Positions 40,401 through 51,500 of a stretch of 64,000 nucleotides of DNA are shown here, in pieces. Both the position numbers and the translations under genes were made by a program. This DNA is from Enoplolaimus lenunculus (taxonomy: Eukaryota). Below the pieces are notes generated by a model. That model was not told where the DNA came from. It made no database searches and saw only the letters and a program-made list of their open reading frames with translations. Every line of letters begins with the position of its first letter. Positions within the stretch are counted from its first letter, which is position 1. Location of the stretch: the NCBI GenBank assembly GCA_030248215.1, contig JASANG010003345.1, positions 310,001-374,000 on the forward strand. Reading direction: 5' to 3'.

Positions 40401-41734
40401 GGTTTCTGGTGGGTCTATATTAAAAGAGTATGTTTAGATTCTAGATTACATTTTTTGCTCAGGATTAGGCTTAGGCTTAAGGTTAGGATTAGGCTAATAG
40501 GCTGACACTTAGGATTGCGCTTAAGCCTGTAAGCGAATAGGCCTTGACATTGTTGCAACGGCAATTTGTCAGGCGACAAATTGTCGTAAAAATTCCTACG
40601 CAATACCTCGAATAAATTGCCATGATTGTTCGAGTTCATAGGTTCGGTTCTTTTGTATTTTTGCATATGATGGCAGAAAGCGTAGCCACGGCAAAAAGTT
40701 TAGTGCAGTTTCGACAATTCTTTTGGCGAAGAGTTCGTTGTTAAACATATCAATGAGCTGTTTGAATCTCGGATTATCGTAGTCAAATCTGTCTCCAAAA
40801 ATAATATTACACGTAATATTCGATACAGCTATCGACAACAGTGAATTTGCATTCAATGGACGCTGCGCGCTCGAGCGACTTAGTTCGTTCGCAAGATGAA
40901 TGAGTTCAAGTTGCGCTTTACCCTCGATACTCAATTTGCCCATGCCATAATCGCGCATAGCCGAAACGGTATAGCGACGCATAAATTTCCATGTTTCGCC
41001 TTCGCTCCATACGACTCCTATAAGCAAAAAAATTCGTTTATAATAAAATATGCAATACCATAACATTTATATAATGAATATTGCAGGATAAAAAACGCGA
41101 ATACGGGTGCACGATGCTGCCTGAGATATTGGATGGAGATGTGCAAGTGGAGTCTGATATAGAGAAACTAAAAATTGCTTAGGAAACCCAGGGTAGGGGG
41201 TAGCTGTATCCCCTAGTACATACATGCCCGAACCTACAAAGGCATACTAGTAATAGCATCGTTTTCATACGTTTCATCTCACGGATACAACGAATGTCCA
41301 ACGTATATAAACAGAAATTAATTTTTGGACACCATTGAATGATGCCAACGGCCGCTTTGAGCCCTCCCATTCTCAGACAATACCTTCGCTGTACCTTTCC
41401 CTATTGCGCGTCGAGGAAGCATCAGCTGATCATGAGGACGGCCTCCAAATACATCACCGTTCTCAGTAAACGCTTCACGAATCACATCATTCGAATTAAG
41501 AAAAACAACTAATTTTGAACCCAAACGAACGCTTATAATATCGCCATAGCGGTCAGATAATTTATTCAAATAATCAGACAGTTTTCCAGTTTTAAATTGC
41601 AGAAAACTTCCAAATATTGGATAACCAATTGGACCAGGTGGTAGCGAACGCAGACGTACAACCGAGCGTTGAATGTAGTACGAAAGTAGAAGCGCTGTTG
41701 CAAACACAAATGTAATCAGTAGCATAGCAGCCAT
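31483..41734 (-). CDS. Cytochrome P450, CYP2 clan, microsomal type; 7 exons, about 494 aa
   Basis: Exons: 41734-41395, 41017-40607, 35715-35605, 35167-34998, 33322-33213, 32159-31996, 31661-31483. Motifs: N-terminal TM anchor and PPGP hinge, C-helix WKFMRR, I-helix AGTDTT, K-helix EVQR, meander FKPARF, and heme signature FSAGKRICLG spanning the exon 6/7 junction. The frame is intact to TAA. Confidence 0.95.
36648..36942. mobile_element. Conserved flank (about 295 bp) of the 18-bp-array element, with terminal hairpin; Helentron-like, copy 1
   Basis: Alignable by eye with 62577-62882. Begins with the stem-loop ATATGAACAT-GATA-GTGTTCATAT. Confidence 0.65.
36943..38438. repeat. 18-bp minisatellite (GGTTGGTTTCACCCCAAC)n, about 83 units, in CYP intron 2
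   Basis: Directly visible tandem array with variants such as AGTCGGTTTCACCCCAAC. Confidence 0.98.
38491..39245. mobile_element. Foldback/MITE with near-perfect inverted repeats of about 180 bp
   Basis: 38491-38670 is the reverse complement of about 39068-39245 (ACTAGAAAAA...TTTTTCTAGT), with a spacer of about 400 bp. Confidence 0.88.
40189..40398. mobile_element. CACTG-ended palindromic MITE (CMC/EnSpm-like) with 2-bp CA TSD, nested in a TTAGGC-bearing MITE
   Basis: Ends are CACTGCAAAAAA...TTTTTTGCAGTG with arms of about 85-90 bp. Flanks read GGCGTC-CA-[element]-CA-GGTTTC. Related host copies (about 2040-2052 and 44130-44146, reverse complement) read GCGTCCAGGTT without the insert. Confidence 0.85.
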
Positions 41735-42329
41735 ATTGACAACTTATATTTGTAAAGTTGATTCTTCGTTTAGTGTCGTTTAACTGTTGCAGGAAACAAA
41801 TATCAATTTACAACCAAATAACGAATTTGAACAAAGAACCGTTTGACAAAAACAAGTCGTATTTATCGCTTAATTGCAGTAAAATAGGCTCAGGCTAAAG
41901 TCTTAGTGTTCGGCTTAGCATTTGGCTCAGGTTTCGCTTAAAATGTAGGCTTGATTTGGACGAAGACTATTGACCATAATACTGAACGAACAGTAATAGG
42001 CATAAATTGGCAGCTGTCACAGTGTTAATACAGTTGAACGTGTTTCATGAAATGAGATGTATTTTTTTCGGTGAGTTTGTTTGATTTCAGAATATTTTTG
42101 AAAGTAAAAAGTTTATTCCCAACTTTCACAAGCTTCGCATACATGCAATTGTTGCCGAATGGTTTTGTAAGAAATTCATCAGTATATTATTAACGTTATT
42201 AGTTTTTTTAATGACTGGAATGCGGAAATTTGATTTTTTTATAAACAAATGCGGCCCGTGTGTACTATACTGCCGTTTCACAGACCTGCCGTCCGATCTA
42301 AAAAATATAGCTTTTGTTTACACTTTAGA

Positions 42330-43070
42330 AGTACCTTAGACTTATGCTTAGGCCTTGACTTGGCTATGTCTTAAACTTAGGCTTAGGTTTAAGCTAAGCT
42401 TAGGTTTAGCCTTGCTTTAGGCTCAGGCGTAAGTTTAGTTTTAGACTTAGCCTGAGGCTTTAGGAATAGGTAGGCTTTGGTTTAAACATAGATCTTTAAT
42501 GACCATTGGGTTAAGTCTCAGATTTAGGATTAGGCTTAGGCTCACGCTTAGGCTTAGGCTTAGGCATATCCTTGGGCTTAAGTTTAGGCTTAGAGTTTAG
42601 GAGTATTCTTTGGTTTAAAGCAAGCATATATGAGACCGTGAATGACACAGGCTTAGGCTTTGGTTTCATAGGCTGAAGTTTTAGGAATAGGCTTTGGTTT
42701 AAACATAAGTTAGATCTTAAATGACCCTTGGGCTAGACCGCAGGTACAAGTATAGCCACAGGATTAGGTTGAGGCTTTGGGAATAGGCTTTGGTTAAAAC
42801 ATAGACCCTAAATGACCCTTGGACTAAGTCTTTGGTTTCATCGGCCAAGACTTAGGCTTAGGTTTAGGCATGGGCTTAGACTATAGGAGTAGGATTTGGT
42901 TTAAGCATACAGTGGACCGTAAATGGTCTAGGCTTAGGCTTAGGCTCAGCCTGAGGTTTTAGCAATACGCTTTGATTTAAACACAGATAGATCTTAAATG
43001 ACCCTTGCAAAAGTCTTAGGCTTAGGATTAGAATTATGCTTAGGCTTAGGTTTAGGCTTAGGCTTTAGCA
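42330..43070. repeat. Degenerate interstitial (TTAGGC)n-rich tandem region upstream of the CYP gene
   Basis: Many TTAGGC hexamers, interspersed with a recurring GCTTTGGTTTAAACATAG..AAATGACCCTTGG motif at roughly 100-140-bp spacing. Confidence 0.8.
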
Positions 43071-43965
43071 GCATCCCACTTTTGACCAACTCCCGAAATC
43101 CCATAATCACAAATTCCCCGTTTCGGCCATATTCCGAAATCCCAAAATCCCACCTTCGACCATATCCTAAATCCCAAAATCTCACCTTCGACCATATCCC
43201 GAAATTTCAAAATCCCGCCTTCGAACACACGTAAAATTTTTGTGATACATCTTGGGATTTTGGGACAGACAGCAGCGAGGTTAACATGAGCCCAAAATGC
43301 AATCACAGTAAGGACAAAGCCTTGAATTGATCATATTCATTTTAGTCGGTTTTATTTTCAAATTTTATAGTTCACCCAAACATTTTGCAATCAAGTTGAA
43401 ACTAAAAAATGGATTACAATTGCTATTTTTGCTCAATATTGAAGTTATAAACAGCTGAACTTTACGGCAACACCATTGAAGATTTATAGCGAGCAACTCA
43501 GGCTGATAATTTTGAAATGCAATCTTTTGTGTATATGCTAGAGTTGCGCAAACAAAACGAATGTGAAAAGATGATAATGTAATTTTTCTATTTAACTTAA
43601 GCAATTTTGTTTGCAATTTATAAAGGCAAGAAAAAAACAATCGAAAGAATGTTTTCATTCTGTTTATACAACGATTTCTACCTATAGGCATTACCAGGAT
43701 TTCGGAAGGAGATGGGGTTACGCCAAAATTTTTCCGGAAAGTGGGACACACCCACTGCAACCCCCGTTGGGTACAGGTCTGTTTACAGCATTGTCTAGTT
43801 GACCGTTCCGAATAGCAGCACCTGAACAAAATTAATTTTAAAAGTCGATCCTAGCACATTTGCTTGTAAATAAACAAACGATCCTTCTAAAAATGTTTAT
43901 GAAGTAGGTACAATTTGTAAAAAAGTTTCAACATACAATTTTAACTCTTGAATAGTACTAATACA

Positions 43966-44166
43966 GGCCAATGTTACCTTAAGGGGCATAACAGTAGATT
44001 AAACGTATTCCAAAGCCTAAGCCTAGCCTAAGCGTTCCAAAAATGAATTCCTAAGCCTTAGCCGAAGCCTATGCCTAAGCCTAAGCAAAAAATGCAATCT
44101 AGAATCTAACCTGCTATTTTATAGAGCCACCAGTAACCTGGACGCTCCTTAAAGTAACACGGGCCC
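43966..44166. mobile_element. TIR element with internal (GCCTAA)n telomere-type repeats (representative copy)
   Basis: TIRs GGCCAATGTTACCTTAAGGGGC / GCTCCTTAAAGTAACACGGGCC. Related copies at 1886-2073, 40162-about 40550 and 46530-46700. Confidence 0.78.
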
Positions 44167-45557
44167 TAATACTAATGCAAAGTGGCACATATAGAAACGA
44201 CTCTGGAAGGGTGCTTTCCCTGTCAAAGTACTCTTTAATGATGAAATGCTAAGAAATTTTTCAATTTTGCGTGACGAAAACATTATCAAAAACATTAGAC
44301 AACACTTCGACGTTTCTGTGCACAATTAACAAAAATTTCACAAAAATTTCCAGGCAGATAGCACATCCAGAGAGCATTCAAGAAACGCAACGCAATTATC
44401 TTAACTTTGTGAAACGTAGCCTGCACAATGTTTAAACAATATTGTAAAATGCTGGATAGCAACACATCAAAACTGCTCTTGCAGCGTTGACATTGAAGTA
44501 TATATATATGGGCAGGAAACGGGTAGTAAAAATAACGGAACGAAAACGAATAGTGATCAAAATTTTAACGGAAGCGGAAACAGAAAGCAGATATTGAAAT
44601 ATAAACGTTTCAAAGATGTTTTATTTTTCTGACAAAACAATTGAGGCAATGCACCGAAGTTTTTAAGATTGTGGATGAATTCTGTTTTTATTTCATATCG
44701 AACAACTGCAGCATATTTGTAATGAAAAATTGCAAGATTTATAAGTACGTGATTTTTAAATAATTTTGAGCATAAAAACCGAATTTTTGGTATTTCTACA
44801 CCGGAAACGCAAGCCCGTAGCCAGCTCACCTTGCTATGTGGATAAAAAATTTTCAGGAGGTGCATATAAAGGTTTTTGTTGACTTGCAAGTTTAAAAATT
44901 ATCTAAGCGGGGAGCCAAAATTCTTCCATGGATTGCTCTGAGCCGTCCCTTGCCCTCAACCCGTTTTACTACGGGCCCGCGGAAACGGAAACAAACACCG
45001 ATTACCACGACCTATGGCCCGGCATAAGTTTAATGTACCCTGATTTTTTGTTAGAATTTTTGCCCTAAGGCATTACAAGACGTTTGAATGGGCCAATGTT
45101 AAAATTGATTGAAAAAAACATCAAACAATTTTGTTCTGCCATTTGTTAAAATATATATTTTGCACAGACAAAAGGGCTTGAATTTTTGAAGCCATGCAAA
45201 ATGCGCCTTATCTTCGGTAAAGTTAATGCAACACTCGGCATCGCGCAATGATAACAAATTTGTCCTGGCAAACCTTTTCGACCAGTAAGCGACAAACGAA
45301 AATTACACCAGAAAGAAATATGTATCCGAATGTCCAGATATCGGGTTACAAACTGAAGATTTCGACCAATATTGTCATTACCTTACCCACATTTTCTCCC
45401 CTCAGATAGTTTTTTGTAAAAAAATGATAGGATCCCATACCTTTCCATTTGTCCACTCATAAATTTTTGTGACAAACTAATAAGGTTCATCTATCTTACA
45501 ATTTTTCCCTGGAAAATTATTTTGTCTGTCTCAATAGTCCGGGTATTCAGATTGCTA

Positions 45558-46130
45558 CCGACTAATATATACTTGCGTTGGCCACCTGAAATTGAGTTGT
45601 TTTGGTTTGTCTCCGTCTGATTTAAATCACTGCGGCAAAGATAACATTATGTCACCCTTCGCTCGAGCAATATATACTTGAGTCGTTTTATGTTCCAAGG
45701 AAAAACCACATTGAAATTAATCGCGCTTAATCGAACAAACAGCAGTTTGTTTCTTTTAATGGTGCCCCGCTATTAACCAAGCTCCAAAAATTTCTGACGG
45801 GGGGCTTGCAAATACTGTGAAACCCTTTTTCACTAGACCGTATATATACACTTGTGTTTATTTCGCTGAGGAGGCCTAAACTTAGGAATGTTTTGGTTGT
45901 TACATAGCTAAAAGTAAGGGCCGAGCTTATGACAGTATCCAGCAAGATGTGAAATGAAATTTTTTCCTTATCATACTGAATTTTTGCAAGCCCACAACTG
46001 TAAGAACTCTCATGTATACGTAGTTCGAAGGTAGGTTGAAATCAGATAGAATTTCCGTTGAAGTGGTTTAAATCAGACGAATACAAACCAAATCAACTTC
46101 AGGTGGCCAACGCAAGTAAATATTAGCCAG
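45558..46130. mobile_element. MITE with TIRs of about 70 bp and TA flanks (Tc1/mariner-like)
   Basis: CCGACTAATATATACTTGCGTTGGCCACCTGAA... versus ...TTCAGGTGGCCAACGCAAGTAAATATTAGCCAG, with TA on both sides. Confidence 0.75.
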
Positions 46131-46287
46131 TATAACAAGGTGTACGGAACAGTAGTATAAGCATATTCCTAGGCCTAAGCCTATGGATGAGCGTATTCCT
46201 AAGCCTAAGCCAAAAAATTAGTCTAAAGCTTAAACTCTTTTATAGCCCCTCCGGAAAACGATCCGGCCCTGTTCTATACATGGGCCC
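46131..46287. mobile_element. TTAGGC-bearing TIR element, second subfamily, inverted and left-truncated
   Basis: Ends GATCCGGCCCTGTTCTATACATGGGCCC, with internal CCTAAG repeats. Confidence 0.65.
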
Positions 46288-46529
46288 AATTTTTCATTAC
46301 AGATATGCTGCAATTGTTCGAAATGCAATCCGGTTTGGCTACGGTTCTGTATTTTTGACTTTTCGGTTTCGGTATTAATTCCGGTTGCACCCTGGGGTCG
46401 ATACTTCCTTTAGAGCAACCAGTTAAAACAAGTGCCTAAGAAACTAAAATTGAGGTTCAAAAACCCAAAATCGAGTTTCGGATATCCGAAACAGAAAATA
46501 TATTTACGGATACCCGAAATAGAAAATTT

Positions 46530-46700
46530 GGCCCATGTTTTTTAACGCCGTACCGGTTTCTGGTGGGTCTATAAAAGAGTAGGCTTACATTCTAGACATT
46601 TTTTGTTTAGGTTAGGCTTAGGAATACGCTTTTGCAACGTTTACGCTTAGGCTTAGAATACGCTTAATCTACTGTTACGGCCCTAAAATTCACATTGGCC
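46530..46700. mobile_element. TTAGGC-bearing TIR element, first subfamily, inverted
   Basis: GGCCCATGT...ACATTGGCC ends; reverse complement is colinear with 43966-44166. Confidence 0.72.
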
Positions 46701-48576
46701 GCAAAAATTTCAGTTTTAGGTTTGTCTAATAAATAGACATTTATCTTCTAAAATTTGTGGCAAAAGTTGACACCAACAGTACCGAACGATATCATGTTTG
46801 TAAAATTATGAAAAATTTCAGTTTATGAATTGCTGGGACAATCTGGCACAAATTCTACTAGAGCCGGAGGTCTATTTTCTGCCGGACCCAGAACCAGACC
46901 CCTGGTTGTACTTACTCTTATTTGAGGAGCTGTTTTTTGGTGCAAACAACAAATAAAATCTTTAATCGAAAAAGCAAAAAATGTTCACTATTAGTGTCCA
47001 TTCGATCAATATCCGAAAATAACAATTCAACATATTCAATTCACGTAAACGTTTACGTTTCACAAGCATACCGCACACTGTCAGTCTCAATAATTGAGTT
47101 CTATTTAAAAATGACCTCAGGACCGTAAATGATAGCGATCTGGCCATGTACTGCACGCAATGCCCTGTGCTACAAGCTCATTATTTTTAAAATTTAACTT
47201 AATTTATTTAAAATTTAACTTAAACTTATAATTCATTTTTTACAAAAAGCAACAAGTTTTACAATGTAGACTAAGCGAAACTTTCGATGTTTCCTACTTT
47301 AATAAATTATGTACAAAGTTATAATCCTAAGCGTCTAAATATTCAGTACAAAATAGCATACGATTCGGGAACAACATAATCTAACAATACATGGTGGTAA
47401 GAAGGAACGAGTTTTGGTAAATGGTGCCATACATTAAACAGATTCTAAGATTTACGTATGTATTAGAGCGCGACCAAATATCTGGCTTAGGCTCCCACAG
47501 CAAATCGACACCCGGTTCCAACTCCAGTATTCTATATCGAATATTAACAGCTGAAATGTATTACGACAACTTTATTACAGTACAGACGTTGGTTTTTTCT
47601 ATCGGGTCGCACCATGGTAGGTATGGTTTGATTGGGCACGGTGTGGCATCATGATAACCAACGTTTTGGAGCATTTAAATCACCCGCAAACGATAACACG
47701 CTTAGAAAATTTAACGCGTATACTACAGTAATGACACAAATCCAACCATATTACAATTAAAACATAACAAAAAACCAATAATCATCCAATGCGTAAGAAC
47801 CAGTTTAGAGTGTAAAATCAGACGCCCCAACGGAACCGTTAATATCAGTTTGGGAAAAGTTTTTTGTTTGAGCAGGAATAAACTGATTTCACAACCTTCA
47901 ATTTGAACTTTTTTCAAAATTTACGCCAGAAGATCTGATGTGATCATGATTACATGAACAAATTCTGGCAGTGAAGTGTAACAAGCAGAAGCAAACAACT
48001 AAAAACTTTGTTATACAGGAACAGCGAAGTATCATGAAAAACATACATAAACTAATCAACAATAAGCGTGTAATATAATATGCGACACTTCGCTACACCG
48101 ACCGAGTAATACTCCATGACTCTAAAGTAAGGTAGCGAAAAGTCACATCATGATTATACTGTTGTTAGTACACAAACTTAAGTAACACTGTCTGCTTCGT
48201 ACTTACATACTGCCATTATGCGAAAGGATATTTGATTCCGGCTCCGACAGAAAAATAGACAATCTGTTCAGGCTACGGTAGTTTATGATGCCGCATATTT
48301 ATCATTAAAAACGCTGTAGGTCTCTTTTACACTGCTATTTATGGTCAAAATTACAATACATCACAGTAACGTTTGTTCGATATGACGGAATTAAACATGC
48401 CAGGTCGGTAATACAATATAAGATCCTGCTTGCTGCTGAATTGACTTGATAAGGTTTGCTTCTTATTGAAATAAGTATTTAATATCCGGCTCTGGCTTTA
48501 GCCGCATATTTCATTTGTCGGTTCCCGATCCGGTATTTTGTGATATCCGCTCGCATTCAGCTTATTACGGTCCATT

Positions 48577-51500
48577 TTAACTGGATTGATTCTTCAAATG
48601 AATACGATTCATTCTGAGCATTGCGTTTGAGCTACCGCCTATGCTATTTACATTTGTTTCTGCAGCAACCTCTCCAGCTATACCCGTAGTTGCGGTATTG
48701 TTGAGCGCGCGATTCAATGAGCAACTGTTACTGTCTCTTGAGTTCGTTATACTGCGTTGCTTCACCTCAGAATTATCATCCTCATCGTTACCAATTTCGT
48801 ACACATGCCGGTAGACAAAACTACGGGCATCTGTATGTAATGTGTTGTCATCGCCAACATCCTTAAGGATTAAAGCAAACCAACAAATCAAACTACTAGA
48901 TGGGATATACTGAAATTGGTGAAGCAGGTGACACATGCCGCCGTCTGGGTTGTCGATGCACCCAGTCGAATAATACGGCAAACTAGACTAAAACATCAGC
49001 AGCGGTTAATTTGGTACTGAACAATAGATATTTCACTAAAGGTAAACTGAAAAATATTAATACGAGTATGTTGACCCAGATAAAAATGATATTGTATAGC
49101 CAACCAGCGAAATTACTAAACTGTGAACGTTTTCGTACACAAATACGAAATATTTGAACAAAAACATGGCTCAATTTATTTCATGGCTCAATTTATTTCA
49201 TGGCGCAATTTATTACCGCCGGACATAACTAAGCAACACTTCTAAACAGAATGTGTACGATGACTGCCTACCTTTTGCTGCATAGCTGCGTCGTATTCAA
49301 TTTCTTCAATCGCCAGTTCCTCGCCGTCAAACTCAATCAAATCCGGCTCTGGAATGGTTTGTTCGCGTTCTTTGGCAAGTTGTGCCCGTTGCCGCATTTC
49401 GGCTGCCGACGGCGCAGAAGGAATGTTAAGAGCTGGTTCGCCTTCAAGCACAATAGCTCCACCGTCCAGCTTTTCAGGATGAGGCAGTTCTGATGTGTTG
49501 AACGCATTTTCAAGCTTAAACAATAACACACGAATAACGCATGTATACGTGTTAATTCAAACGTTGGCCCCATTTTTCATCTCGGATTGCACGCCATGGT
49601 TTAATTGCCAATGTTTGCAAACTATATTTAAGTTGACAAACTAACAAACGTTGTGACGTTTAGCCCCGGTTTGGCGATACATCCATAGGTTTCTGGATTC
49701 TCAAAGGTCTCAAACTAGTTTTTATTTTTACGTGACACAATACCAAAGAAAACCTTTATTTCGTTACTGTTTCAGAGCGTAATTTAGTGTCAATGAAACC
49801 TTCGGTGCTTTGAAACATTGTCGTAAATCACCTAATTACGTAGTGTTTTATTTCACGTTTATGAAATAACCCTGCTAACTGCTTACCTGCATTCATTCCG
49901 CTAGGCAGCAATACATAGTACAAGACTGTGTTAAACTTTCATAATGCAAAAAAAGTAGTTACGTCATCATAGAAAAGCTGATTGTGAACATCCATAATAC
50001 TAGCTGTAATTTCATCGTAAGTGGAGCAATCGACCACTCCGCTGGACGAGATTGACGAGACATTGATATCAGAATGTGTGTTGGACTTTGAACTAAGATT
50101 TCCTAAAATATAAAAGTATAAAATGTGCAACTCCGAGACTAATACAAATACTAGTAATGAACCATCAATGTCAACATCCTTTGCCAGTCGCATTATTTCA
50201 ACTAATTTCTATGAGCTATGCAGTTTGAATAAGGGTTGCAACTACAGATGATCGTACGTGGATATTCGCAAGGCACTGGGAAAGCGTGTGTTTTAACCGG
50301 GGGGCGCCTGGTCGACAAATAGGGGAATATTTTGAGTGTGGGGGTCATTTGTAATGACAAAATAACTTTTTAAAAATAGCATTTAACCATACCGGAACAT
50401 ATCACAGGTTTACGCTCATGCTTTGGTCTAACTTGCTTAGGCTTAGAACTTGACCCATCATTAGAACATAAAACCTCATATTCGACTACTGTCCCGAATT
50501 TCGAAAATCCGACCTGCCCACTCGAATTTTCATGGTGGGATGGTAGGATTTTGGAACAACAGCGAGGCTATCATAGGCCAAAACTGTTTGCTCCGTAGCG
50601 GATCCAGAAATTCCTGGCAAGATCCATGGTTGGCCAAGCTCCTCTCCCCTACTCGAAATTATCTCCGATGATCCCGTGGTAGCTGATTCTTATGTACAAA
50701 CGCGACGCCGACATGCACGAGTTTTTGTATGAATGGAGCGCTTTATTAATTTACGTTTTAGTGCGTTTGTGTATATGCATTAATACTATAAAGCCACAAC
50801 CAAAATACGACTAGGTGAATCATGATCAGATCCTATTTGTCTTAAAACAGGTGTCCTGGCTCTAGGGTTGAAACATGGAATATGGACCAGTTTAAATATA
50901 TCTAAACTCTTGTATGAAAATATTTAAAGGCTAGAGATTGATAAAGATAGACTTGAGCTCACCGAACCCCCTCAAATTCCGCTACTGGCAACACATTATT
51001 CGAGCTTTCCAACTACTGTATCGGCAAAGTACAGTGCCGATGTCGTTACTCACGAAAAGTACCTATATATACCGATTAACCGGTATATCCCTAATATACG
51101 TATGACTGCGGAACAAAGATATTGGAGAGCAATAACTACACGCTACAATGATCCAAATTAACCATGTTAAAAACCCACACATACCGTCGGCATTGTTCTT
51201 GTTATGTTGCTGCTCGCTGGAATGCGATGATGGCTTTTGCGTCAATTGGAGGACACGTTTTCCGCCAACATGCCCAGACGATGACTTGATGAGATCCTCA
51301 ACATAACGTTCACGCGGCAATTGCTGCTGGCGTTCGTCGCCGTCTTGCTGCTGTCTACGATTGTATTGCTCGTCGTAATTGTCATCGGCGTCGCCATCGC
51401 CGCCGCGTCGAGATGCTGATGGATAATCGGTAGCGAAACGATGTGATCGCGTATCATCTCGTTGGTGGTTAGCATCCATATCGCCAATCGCGTCGCCGTA

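Noticed and set aside
42330..43070. True telomere or chromosome-fusion site
   Set aside because: The repeats are degenerate, single-orientation and interspersed, with no head-to-head TTAGGC/GCCTAA junction.
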